Assembly (NCBI GenBank): GCA_963813065.1
Contig: CAWEXP010000009.1
Coordinates: 1,931 to 65,930, forward strand
Direction of reading: 5' to 3'
Length of the DNA: 64,000 nt
Origin: Candidatus Kaiserbacteria bacterium
Lineage (GTDB): Bacteria > Patescibacteriota > Minisyncoccia > Phycocordibacterales > Phycocordibacteraceae
Shown here: piece by piece, positions 18,726 through 27,876 of the stretch
Position numbering within the stretch: the stretch's first letter is position 1
Layout: the number at the start of each line of letters is the position of its first letter
Translations under genes and position numbers: made by a program
Notes under the pieces: generated by a model
Told to the model about the DNA's origin: nothing
What the model saw: the letters and a program-made list of their open reading frames with translations, nothing else
The model's database searches: none

Positions 18726-19256
18726 ATGAGCCGCCTCGCTAAAAAACCGATTGCCGTAGGGAAAGCCCAAGTCTCCTTCTCGGGCGACACCTTGACCATC
18801 AAGGGTGCGAAGGCGACGCTGAACAAGCGCGTGCATCCGGCTATCGGCATCGAGGTCACGCCAGAAGGCGTCGTCATTTCTGCGAAGAATACGTCCCGCC
18901 TCGCCAAGGCTCTGACCGGCACCTTCGCCTCGCACGTCCGCAACATGCTCAAGGGCGTCGACACGCCGTTCGTCACCAAGCTCATTCTCGAAGGCGTCGG
19001 CTACAAGGTCGAGGTAAAAGGGAAGGAGCTCGTCTTCCAGGTCGGTAAGTCGCATGCAGTCAAGCTTGCCATTCCTGAGGAGGTCTCTGCGACCGCCGAG
19101 AAGAATCTCATCACCCTCACGGGCGCGGACAAAGAGGTCGTCGGCCAGTTCGCCGCGAACATCCGCCGCGTGAAGCCGCCGGAGCCGTATCTCGGCAAGG
19201 GCATTCGCTACGAGGGCGAAGTCATCCGCCGCAAGCAGGGCAAGAAGGCCGTCTAA
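18726..19256 (+). CDS. rplF: 50S ribosomal protein L6
   Basis: MSRLAKKPIAVGKAQVSFSGDTLTIKG... Confidence 0.9.
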   Translation: MSRLAKKPIAVGKAQVSFSGDTLTIKGAKATLNKRVHPAIGIEVTPEGVVISAKNTSRLAKALTGTFASHVRNMLKGVDTPFVTKLILEGVGYKVEVKGKELVFQVGKSHAVKLAIPEEVSATAEKNLITLTGADKEVVGQFAANIRRVKPPEPYLGKGIRYEGEVIRRKQGKKAV

Positions 19257-19265
19257 TATATTTTT

Positions 19266-19616
19266 ATGAATCGCGCATCCACCACCAAAGAAGGACTCCG
19301 CCAGCGCCGCCACGCGCGCGTTCGCGCACGCATCTCGGGCACGGCGACGCGCCCGCGCCTCGCGGTCTTCAAGAGCAATCGTTTCGTCTCGGTACAGCTC
19401 ATCGACGACGTTGCGGGGAAGACCCTCGCGGCCGCGCATGGTCGCGCGACCAAGGGCTCTCAGCTCGTGCAGGCCAAGGCGGTCGGTGCAGAAATTGCCG
19501 GAGCGGCGAAGAAGCTCGGCGTCACGACGGTCGTCTTCGATCGTGGTGGTTATCAATATGCCGCGCTTATCAAGGCGCTCGCCGATGAGGCGCGCGCGGG
19601 CGGTCTCGCTTTTTAA
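19266..19616 (+). CDS. rplR: 50S ribosomal protein L18
   Basis: ...RPRLAVFKSNRFVSVQLIDDVAGKTLAAA...VVFDRGGYQYAALIKALADEARAGGLAF. Confidence 0.9.
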   Translation: MNRASTTKEGLRQRRHARVRARISGTATRPRLAVFKSNRFVSVQLIDDVAGKTLAAAHGRATKGSQLVQAKAVGAEIAGAAKKLGVTTVVFDRGGYQYAALIKALADEARAGGLAF

Positions 19617-19621
19617 ATAGT

Positions 19622-20230
19622 ATGGAACCTACAAAAGACACACCGGAAATCATCGCGACGCCCGCTGTCGCTGAAGCTATGGCGGGCAAGCCGGCGGCGC
19701 GCCCGACCTTCAATCGTAATGCGCGCGGTTCGATTCGCGGACGATCACCGCACGGCCGCGGCTCCGCGGGCGGCCGTGCTCCCCGCGAGCGCAGTGAGTT
19801 CGACCAGGTGACTATCGACGCCCGCCGCGTGGCGCGCGTGATGGCCGGCGGTCGCCGTTTCAATTTCTCTATTGCGGTCGTTATCGGCGACAAGAAGGGT
19901 CGTGTGGGCGTCGGACTCGGCAAGGCCGCTGACACCGCACTCGCCATCGAGAAGGCAACCCGCGACGCGAAGAAGAATCTCATCACGGTCGCGCGCACCA
20001 AGAATAATTCCATCCCGCATGCGGTTGGCGCCAAGTATGCATCCTCGACCGTTGAGATTCGCCCCAGCCCGGGTCGCGGTCTCGTCGCGGGCTCGGCGAT
20101 GCGCACCGTGCTCGACGCGGCCGGCATCACCGATGTCGTGACCAAGATCAGCACGCGTTCGAAAAATAAGCTCACCATCGCGCGTGCCACCGTCGCCGCG
20201 CTCACGACGCCTCCGCTCCTAATTCCACTT
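19622..20230 (+). CDS. rpsE: 30S ribosomal protein S5; 3' end uncertain
   Basis: ...RVMAGGRRFNFSIAVVIGDKKGRVGVGLGKAADTALAIEKATRDAKKN...KLTIARATVAAL... The reading frame has no stop until 20419, inside rplO, so a terminal indel is likely. No L30 gene lies between rpsE and rplO. Confidence 0.75.
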
Positions 20231-20232
20231 TT

Positions 20233-20700
20233 ATGCAACTCAACTCTCTCGCCCCCCGCACCAAGAACTACAAGAGCACGGCCGTCGGCCGTGGCGGCAA
20301 GCGTGGCAAGACCTCGGGTCACGGTGGCAAGGGCCAGACCGCTCGCGCCGGCCACAAAATTCGCCCCGAGATGCGCGACATCATCAAGAAGCTCCCGAAG
20401 CGCCGCGGCTATGGCGTGAATCGTTCGCGCACCGTGCGTATCGATCGCGTCCACTACACCGTCGTCAATCTCGCCGACATCGAGAAGGCCTTCGACGCGG
20501 GCAGTTTCATCACTCCCGGCTCGCTGAGGGACAAGGGCCTCATTCGCGGCCGCACACCCTCGGTGAAGATCCTCGGCACGGGCGCGGTCTCGAAGGCATT
20601 CGTCGTCCGCAACTGCGCGCTCTCCGCCTCGGCGCGTTCTGCAATTCTCTCAGCAGGCGGCACCATTCATGGTGAGCAGAGTCGAACCATCAATGATTAA
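20233..20700 (+). CDS. rplO: 50S ribosomal protein L15
   Basis: MQLNSLAPRTKNYKSTAVGRGGKRGKTSGHGGKGQTARAG... Confidence 0.85.
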   Translation: MQLNSLAPRTKNYKSTAVGRGGKRGKTSGHGGKGQTARAGHKIRPEMRDIIKKLPKRRGYGVNRSRTVRIDRVHYTVVNLADIEKAFDAGSFITPGSLRDKGLIRGRTPSVKILGTGAVSKAFVVRNCALSASARSAILSAGGTIHGEQSRTIND

Positions 20701-21967
20701 CCAATTCATACATAAAGCACAGATCGCGTTCTCCGACGCGGAGATCCGCGCGCGTATCCTCTTCGTGCTCGGCGCGCTCGCCGTCTTCCGCTTCCTCGCG
20801 GCGGTGCCGATCCCGGGCGTCGACAAGAGTGCACTCGCCGCGTTCTTTGCGAGCAACCAATTCTTCGGCCTTTTGAATATTTTCTCGGGTGGCGGACTCT
20901 CGCGTCTCTCGATCGTGATCCTCGGTGTCGGGCCCTACATCACTGCATCTATCATCATGCAACTCGCGACCATCATCTTCCCTGGAGTGAAGAATGCGTA
21001 CTTCGAAGAGGGTGAGGCGGGTCGCGCCAAGTTTATTGGGTGGAGTCGCATGCTCACCATCCCCATCGCTATCCTGCAGGGCATCGCCTTCCTCGTCCTC
21101 CTCGAGAGCCAGGGCGTCATCGCGCACCTCGGTACCATCGCGCTCATCGCGAATATTGTGCTCGTGGCCGCGGGCTCTATGCTTCTCATGTGGGTTGGCG
21201 AGCTCGTGACCGAGTTTGGCATCGGCAACGGCGTCTCGCTCCTCATCTTCGCGGGCATCATGTCGGGCGTCCCGACCGCCATCTCGCAGACGCTCTTTGC
21301 CGCGTCAGCCGCGAACATTCCTGCGTACCTCGCCTTCCTCGTCCTCGCCTTTGCGATGGTCTATGCGGTGGTGGTGGTCTCAGATGCCGAACGCTCGATC
21401 CCCATCGCCTACGCGCGTGCGGTGCGCGGCTCGGCGATGAGTCAGGGTGCGGCAACCTATCTCCCGATTCGCCTCTTGCAGGCCGGTGTGATTCCTATCA
21501 TCTTCGCACTCTCGCTCCTCCTCTTGCCGCAGATGGGACTCACGGTGCTCTCGAGCTTGCACCTCTCCTTCGCCGCTTCGGCATCGCTCTGGTACACCGC
21601 CTTCCTCTCTGACCCGTGGAAATATGGGGCGGCCTACTTCGTGCTCGTCGTTCTCTTTACCTACTTCTATACCGCGGTCACCTTCGAGCCCTCGCGCGTC
21701 GCCGAGAATCTCCAGAAGACCGGCGCCTTCGTCCCCGGCGTGCGCCCGGGCAAAGAGACCGAGAGCTATATCGCGGGCGTGGTGAATCGTGTCACGCTCC
21801 CCGGCGCGCTCTTCCTCGGCCTCCTCGCGGTCGCACCATCAATCATCCAAGGATTGACGGGCATCACGACGCTCATCCTCGGCGGCACCGCGCTCCTCAT
21901 CGCGGTGCAGGTCGTCCTCGACCTCGCGCGCAAAATCGACGCGCAAGTTTCCCTCCGCGAGTACTAA
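20693..21967 (+). CDS. secY: preprotein translocase subunit SecY
   Basis: 10-TM protein with typical SecY segments; start at MINQFIHKAQ. Confidence 0.9.
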   Translation: MINQFIHKAQIAFSDAEIRARILFVLGALAVFRFLAAVPIPGVDKSALAAFFASNQFFGLLNIFSGGGLSRLSIVILGVGPYITASIIMQLATIIFPGVKNAYFEEGEAGRAKFIGWSRMLTIPIAILQGIAFLVLLESQGVIAHLGTIALIANIVLVAAGSMLLMWVGELVTEFGIGNGVSLLIFAGIMSGVPTAISQTLFAASAANIPAYLAFLVLAFAMVYAVVVVSDAERSIPIAYARAVRGSAMSQGAATYLPIRLLQAGVIPIIFALSLLLLPQMGLTVLSSLHLSFAASASLWYTAFLSDPWKYGAAYFVLVVLFTYFYTAVTFEPSRVAENLQKTGAFVPGVRPGKETESYIAGVVNRVTLPGALFLGLLAVAPSIIQGLTGITTLILGGTALLIAVQVVLDLARKIDAQVSLREY

Positions 21968-21983
21968 TTTCAGCAGTGCCAAA

Positions 21984-22016
21984 CAAGCCCGCGCCGATTA
22001 CGGCGCGGGCTTGTTT
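21984..22016 (+). terminator. intrinsic terminator after secY (GCGCCGATTACGGCGC stem-loop)
   Basis: aagcccgcgccgattacggcgcgggcttgttttt. Confidence 0.7.
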
Positions 22017-22077
22017 TTATTCTGCATATGTTGTACTCTATTCCCCAGAGCAATCTCGCTCATTGAAGGAGTGCGCG

Positions 22078-22899
22078 ATGCGCAGAGGCTATAACGACGT
22101 TGGCATCCTGTCCGACGACCATGGCCAAGTAATTGGCATTTGTTTTGGATGGGATCATACCGCCGAGCATGAGTGGGGTATCCGAGGAATCCTATCTGCC
22201 TTCGGGATTCCTGGAATGCCAGAACGGCGACCAGGAAATACTGTCGGTGATCTCATTGGCGCCGATACTCGTGCCGTAACGAAAGTCCCCGCTGAACTGA
22301 AATTGTTTGGGTTCAAGAAGGCGGCGTATCTTGTCTATAGTTCGGCGTTTGCGTGGCGAGATCCACCACCGGCGACCGAGAAAGAACTCGATCAACTTCT
22401 CGATCTAAGTTCTGTCGATGACGACAAAGAGATCGTAGCTAGTTGGAGCGGCGAAGATTTCGGCATCCGAATCAAGAACGGGTCTTCCAAGAAGGGGCTT
22501 ATCGTTCTTAGGCAAATCAATACGGCACTTCAGATCAAAGACGCTCTCATTTGTCTTGCGGGCCCTGGTGGCCCGTTCCGTAATCGCGGATTGCACATCC
22601 TCATCCATTCGCGGCTTCCTCAAGAAATGTTTACGCTTATGCATGACGCAGATGCAAGTTATCTGGATCTTACAGAAGCGGCCGTAAAAACCGGCATTCG
22701 TGCACGAGTCGACGCGGCGAAGAAAGGATATTTTGCCCTCTCTCCACGCTGGGTCGATGAGGAAGAAAAACCAAAGACGAAACACCCCGTTATTTTTTGG
22801 TTGAATCCCGAACAACAACATAGTAACAATTATGGGTGGTTCACGGTCGAAGAACTCGATCAATGGATTGCTGGTAAAGGACCGATACCGAAGAATTAA
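22078..22899 (+). CDS. hypothetical 273-aa protein inserted between secY and adk; lower GC (~50%)
   Basis: AAGGAG Shine-Dalgarno and its own terminator (22903-22930). No recognisable family. A clear compositional contrast with flanking genes. Confidence 0.5.
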   Translation: MRRGYNDVGILSDDHGQVIGICFGWDHTAEHEWGIRGILSAFGIPGMPERRPGNTVGDLIGADTRAVTKVPAELKLFGFKKAAYLVYSSAFAWRDPPPATEKELDQLLDLSSVDDDKEIVASWSGEDFGIRIKNGSSKKGLIVLRQINTALQIKDALICLAGPGGPFRNRGLHILIHSRLPQEMFTLMHDADASYLDLTEAAVKTGIRARVDAAKKGYFALSPRWVDEEEKPKTKHPVIFWLNPEQQHSNNYGWFTVEELDQWIAGKGPIPKN

Positions 22900-22962
22900 T
22901 ACAGTGCGCCGGCTATATCGCCGGCGCTTTTTCTATATGCCCCGCAGTGATACACTCGACAG

Positions 22963-23532
22963 ATGCAAGACACGCGCACCATATTCTTCGTCGGCAAGCC
23001 CGGATGCGGGAAGGGGACCCAGGCCGACCTCTTGAGCAAAGAGACCGGCTGGCCGGTCTTCGCCTCCGGCAAGCTCTTCCGCAACTTGGCCAAGGAAGAA
23101 ACGCCCCTTGGTCGCCGACTGCAGGAAGAAGTGAATGTACACGGACTACTCGGTCCCCACTGGCTCGCGATGTATCTCTACCTGAATTCTCTTTTTTCTA
23201 TCGCGCCAGGGCAAAGTGCCGTCTTTGATGGATTTAATAGGAAAATTCCTGAAGCGGAGCTCATCGTGGATTCTCTACGCTGGTTCAAGCGCGGCTTTAC
23301 CGTCATCAATATTGCGGTTTCAGATGAGGAAGTAAGAAAACGTATCGAATTACGTAAAGCAACCTCAGGGCGACTCGATGATATGAGTGTGGACGAACGA
23401 CTCGAGGAGTACGAGAAGTTCACTGAGCCAGCTATCGAAGTCTTCCGTAAGTCTGGTGCTTTGATCGAGATTAACGGCGAACAGACGCCGGAGAAAATCG
23501 CAGAGGATATTCGCGCGGCGCTCCAGGTATGA
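22963..23532 (+). CDS. adk: adenylate kinase (short form)
   Basis: GKPGCGKGTQ P-loop; 189 aa. Confidence 0.9.
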   Translation: MQDTRTIFFVGKPGCGKGTQADLLSKETGWPVFASGKLFRNLAKEETPLGRRLQEEVNVHGLLGPHWLAMYLYLNSLFSIAPGQSAVFDGFNRKIPEAELIVDSLRWFKRGFTVINIAVSDEEVRKRIELRKATSGRLDDMSVDERLEEYEKFTEPAIEVFRKSGALIEINGEQTPEKIAEDIRAALQV

Positions 23533-24296
23533 CCATCAGGAATCCAGAGCAGCGCGCGGCGCTCGTCGAGGGCGGCCGCCGACTCGGCGCTCTGCTCCAG
23601 GCTCTGCGAGAGAGGGTGGCGCCGGGCGTGACCGCCGAAGAGCTCGACGCCTTCGCCGAGGCGACGATTCGCGCAGGCGGCGACCTGCCCGCCTTCAAGG
23701 GCTACACGCCCGAGGGCGCGCGTCGGGCATATCCCGCGACGCTCTGTGTCTCGATTAACGACGAGGTCGTGCACGGCATCCCGAACGAAGAAAAAAAGAT
23801 TTTGAAACAAGGCGACATTGTCTCGCTCGACCTCGGGCTCACTCACGAGGGCATCATCGTCGATGCGGCAATCACCGTGCCGGTGGGGGCGGTGAGCGAG
23901 GAGAATATGAAGCTGATTCGCGCCTGCGACGAAGCCCTCCTTGCAGGTATCGCGGCCGCCCGAGTCGGCGGCCGCGTGGGCGACATCAGCAACGCGATTG
24001 AGAAGAGTTTTAAAAACACGAAGTTTTCCATCGTGAAGGATCTCGGCGGCCACGCCGTAGGCGATAGAGTCCACGAGGAGCCCTTTATCGCCAACTATGG
24101 CCACGCGGGCACGGGCGAGGAGCTCGTCGAGGGCATGGTACTCGCTCTCGAACCCATCGCCTCACTGGGCAAGGGCGCCATCATCCTCGCGCCCGATGGC
24201 TACACCTACCGCACCCGTGACGGCTCTCGCGCCGCGCATTCCGAGCACACCATTTTGATCGAGAAGGGCGGGGCACTCGTGGTGACTAAGGTATAA
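23529..24296 (+). CDS. map: type I methionine aminopeptidase
   Basis: ...VVHGIPNEE...DIVSLDLGLTHEGIIVDAAITVPVG...HAVGDRVHEEP...LALEPIA...; overlaps adk by 4 nt. Confidence 0.9.
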   Translation: MTIRNPEQRAALVEGGRRLGALLQALRERVAPGVTAEELDAFAEATIRAGGDLPAFKGYTPEGARRAYPATLCVSINDEVVHGIPNEEKKILKQGDIVSLDLGLTHEGIIVDAAITVPVGAVSEENMKLIRACDEALLAGIAAARVGGRVGDISNAIEKSFKNTKFSIVKDLGGHAVGDRVHEEPFIANYGHAGTGEELVEGMVLALEPIASLGKGAIILAPDGYTYRTRDGSRAAHSEHTILIEKGGALVVTKV

Positions 24297-24303
24297 TTTC
24301 GTT

Positions 24304-24882
24304 ATGAAACGCGTCATCCTCGTGCACGGATGGGGCGATTCACCGAAGAAGCACTGGATTCCGTGGCTTTCGAAAGAACTTGAGTCCAATGGCTTTGAGG
24401 TGATCGCACCGCAATTGCCGAACACGGAAGAGCCACACATAGAGGCCTGGGTTCCCGCGCTCGCGGCCGCGGTCGGTACGGCAGACGCGGACACGTACTT
24501 CGTCGGGCACTCGATGGGCTGCCAAACTATCGCACGCTACCTTGCGGGACTACCCGAGGGAGCAAAAGTCGGCGGGGTGGTGTATATCGCGGGCTTCTTC
24601 AAGCGCCTCACCAATCTCGAAGGCCCACCTGAGGAGGCACTCTGGGAATCGTGGCGAGCGACACCGATTGATTTCGAGAAGGTGCAGGCGCGTGCGCCGA
24701 AAAGCGTCGCAATTTTCTCTGACAACGATCCATTTGTGCCACTTGATAACCAAGACGATTTCCGCGATAAACTCGGTTCGAAAATCATTATTAAACACGA
24801 GCAAGGCCACTTCACCGAAAGTGTCAGATGTCTTGAACTCTCCGACGCCTTGGAGGCAATACTGAAACTTGCGTCCGCCTGA
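24304..24882 (+). CDS. alpha/beta hydrolase (YdeN/RBBP9-like serine hydrolase)
   Basis: ILVHGWGDSPKKHW...VGHSMGCQTIARYL... nucleophile elbow GHSMG. Confidence 0.65.
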   Translation: MKRVILVHGWGDSPKKHWIPWLSKELESNGFEVIAPQLPNTEEPHIEAWVPALAAAVGTADADTYFVGHSMGCQTIARYLAGLPEGAKVGGVVYIAGFFKRLTNLEGPPEEALWESWRATPIDFEKVQARAPKSVAIFSDNDPFVPLDNQDDFRDKLGSKIIIKHEQGHFTESVRCLELSDALEAILKLASA

Positions 24883-24948
24883 ATCGCGGCTATACTGCTC
24901 GCATACCTGCCGCAGGCTCCGCCAGCTGGCGGATTAATTTTTACCCTT

Positions 24949-25425
24949 ATGGCACATCCCAAAGAAGAGAAGACCCTTATCATCCTGAAGCCGGACGCGG
25001 TGCATCGCGGCCTCATGGGCGAAGTGATTAGCCGTTTCGAGAAGAAGGGGCTCAAGATTGTCGGCATGAAGATGATGCAACTTAAGGATGCGATTCTGGA
25101 CGCACACTATGCACACATCAAGGACAAGCCATTTTTTGCGGGCATTAAGGCGTATATGACTTCGGCGCCGGTTGTCGTTATGGCGCTCTCGGGCATCGGT
25201 GCCGTCGCGGCGACGCGGCTCATCGTCGGCCCGACCAAGGGCTACGAGGCATCTGCAGGCACCATCCGCGGTGACTTCTCGCTCTCGACACAATCCAACC
25301 TCGTCCACGCCTCCGACTCGGTCGAGAACGCGGCCATCGAAGTGGCACGTTTCTTCAAAGACGAAGAAATTCTTGACTACACGCGCAACGATTTCAATTA
25401 CATCAACGCCGAGGAAGTGTTCTAA
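24949..25425 (+). CDS. ndk: nucleoside diphosphate kinase
   Basis: ...TLIILKPDAVHRGLMGEVISRFEKKGLKIVGMKMM...NLVHASDS... Confidence 0.9.
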   Translation: MAHPKEEKTLIILKPDAVHRGLMGEVISRFEKKGLKIVGMKMMQLKDAILDAHYAHIKDKPFFAGIKAYMTSAPVVVMALSGIGAVAATRLIVGPTKGYEASAGTIRGDFSLSTQSNLVHASDSVENAAIEVARFFKDEEILDYTRNDFNYINAEEVF

Positions 25426-25593
25426 TGTTTTCTATCCACAGACCGCTCCGGGCGAGGAGGTATAATTGCTCTCGGAGTCGTTCCTTATAGAAGCAACTGC
25501 TTATATCTAGGGAGCTCTATATTCGCTTGTCCCTTGGGCCAAGCATGCGAGCACCCACTTTACATTTCCAGTTGCACCTTGGAACGACTCCAC

Positions 25594-25628
25594 GAAAAAT
25601 CCGCTCCTTAGAGGAGCGGATTTTTCGT
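25594..25628. terminator. bidirectional intrinsic terminator (perfect palindrome AAAAATCCGCTCC..GGAGCGGATTTTT)
   Basis: A symmetric hairpin with A/T runs on both sides. Confidence 0.65.
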
Positions 25629-25642
25629 GTCATACTGTCTCC

Positions 25643-27110
25643 ATGCGTTTAACTATGTGCGGCGGGGCAGGGACGGTCACCGGCTCGAATTTTTTGGTGA
25701 GTGAAGGCACCGCGAAGATGCTGGTCGATTGCGGCATCGAGCAAGGAGCCGATTTTTCTGTCGAAGAAATGTATGGGCCGTTCCCCTACGATCCGCGAGA
25801 CATTTCTGCGCTGGTCGTCACGCACGCGCATCTCGACCATGTCGGCCGGATACCGAAGTTGGTCAAAGAAGGTTTCAATAAAAAGATTTATTCCACGCCG
25901 CCGACCAAGGATTCTCGCCGAGCTCATCATGCGTGACTCGGCGGGCATCCTCGCCGACGAAGCGCGTCGGCTCGGTCGCCAGCCGCTCTACCAGGATTCA
26001 GACGTTGATGCGGCCCTGCGGCTCTGGGAGCCGCTTGAGTATCATGTCGAGCACGAAGTCGCCCCAGGTCTCTCAATCTACTTGCGCAATACCGGCCACA
26101 TCCTCGGCTCCGCGAGTGTGCGAATTAATTCGAGCGACCCGTCCGGTGGCCGGGCAGGCGGCACTGTGCTCGTGTTGACGGGCGACATTGGCAATTCGCC
26201 CTCGCCCCTCTTGCCCGATTGGGAGCCGGTTCCCGACGCCGATGCGCTCCTGATGGAGAGCACGTACGGCAATCGTTCGCACCCGCCACATGCAGAGCGC
26301 GTCGCTCAGCTCCACGATGTCTTAGAGAAGGCGATAGCAAAAAAGGGCGCAATTTTGATTCCTGCTTTCTCGCTCGAACGCACCCAGCTCATGCTCTACG
26401 AGCTCTCGAACTTCTTTGCCGATGGTTCTTTGCCCAAGGTCCCGGTCTTCCTCGATTCTCCGCTTGCGATTAGCGTCACCGAGATTTATGAGAAATATGG
26501 TCCGACGTATTTCAAAAAGGAGACCGAAGATGAGATGAAACGCGAGGGGAGCATTTTTAATTTCCCATTCCTCAAGAAAACAAAATCGCGGCAAGAATCA
26601 GAGGCGATTGCAGAAACGCCGAACCCGAAAATTATCATCGCGGGCGCGGGCATGAGTCATGGTGGCCGCATCGGTGCACACGAGATCAAGTATCTCCCCG
26701 ACCCGACGACGACGCTCGTTATCGTTGGGTACCAGGCGCCCGGCTCACCCGGCCGGCTCATCCAAGAAGGTGTTTCGAGTGTGCGCATCAACGGTCAACA
26801 GGTCGCGGCTAAGGCGCACGTCGAGAGCCTCGAGGGCTGGTCTGCGCACGCCGACCAAGATGAGCTCTTGAAGTTCGCTACAGCCGCACTTGCGCAAAAA
26901 AAGCCGAAGGCAATTTTTTGTGCGCTCGGCGAGCCCGCGGCCGAACGTTTCCTCGCCCAGCGCATCCACGACTATGCCAGCGGCAATGCCATCGTCCCCC
27001 TTGCGGGGCAGACGTGGGAGGTCAGCACAACGAAGCGTCAAGAAAATTTAAAAAGATTCAATATCAAAAAGATTGCGAAGATACCAAGCGCGATGCCGAG
27101 CCATTGTTGA
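25643..27110 (+). CDS. MBL-fold beta-CASP family hydrolase (RNA-processing nuclease-like); carries a 1-nt insertion near 25905
   Basis: HAHLDHVGRIP, ...KIYSTPPTKD | LAELIMRDSAG...; gat(t)ctcgcc restores the frame. beta-CASP motifs are downstream. Confidence 0.65.
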
Positions 27111-27376
27111 AGGAGGATTGGCTCTTTGAATACAATCGCGCCAATACTGACATTAAGGATGATAGTGAGAATGAGTACCACCGCCGAGGTTATGGCGAGG
27201 CCACCGGTCCGGATGACGAGCATGAAGCTCACCATCGTGAAAAGGTTGATGCCGAGCCCGATGTAGAACCAGTTGATCAGCCCACTCACGCCCCAGAGCT
27301 CCGCACACACGTCGCCGAGGGTGGAGAAGGTGAGGTTCGCTACCACGAACCCCACCAGCGCCCAATTTATTTTCAT
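27038..27376 (-). CDS. small 4-TM DMT/SMR-like transporter
   Basis: 112 aa, four hydrophobic helices. Confidence 0.5.
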   Translation of the reverse strand: MKINWALVGFVVANLTFSTLGDVCAELWGVSGLINWFYIGLGINLFTMVSFMLVIRTGGLAITSAVVLILTIILNVSIGAIVFKEPILLQQWLGIALGIFAIFLILNLFKFS

Positions 27377-27414
27377 ACTGGCAGTATAGCAAGCATTTAG
27401 GCTATACTTTAGGC

Positions 27415-27876
27415 ATGGGACATGAAGACCCGATTGAGTTCCGTGAGATATCGACAGGCGACGAGGCCACCTGCACAGAGATTGCGGGCCTCATTACGAA
27501 GTATTCGTGGTTCGCGGGGTATCCCGTCGACCCGTACAACGAGGTCAAAGAAGCCGAATATATCATCGGTGCATACGCGGGCGAGCGACTCGTCGGTTTC
27601 GCGACGGTCACTCGCAACGCGAGCCCAGACCAGGAGGGCAATGGCGAACTCTGGTTTGCTGATACGGTTGTCCTGCTCGAGTTCCGCCGCCGCGGCGTCC
27701 TCAAAGAGGTTTATCAACGGGCGATGACTTATCTGCTCGCGCAACCGGGCCGCATCTTCTCATGCACCGAGACCGCGGTTATGAGCGATTTCCTTATCGC
27801 CCGCGGTTGGAAAAAGGTTCGCGATACCAAGGACGAGTCGGGAGGAGAGTGCGAGGTGTACGAATTTCCTCGATGA
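27415..27876 (+). CDS. GNAT family N-acetyltransferase
   Basis: ...LVGFATVTRN...LEFRRRGVLKEVYQRA... acetyl-CoA binding motif. Confidence 0.65.
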   Translation: MGHEDPIEFREISTGDEATCTEIAGLITKYSWFAGYPVDPYNEVKEAEYIIGAYAGERLVGFATVTRNASPDQEGNGELWFADTVVLLEFRRRGVLKEVYQRAMTYLLAQPGRIFSCTETAVMSDFLIARGWKKVRDTKDESGGECEVYEFPR

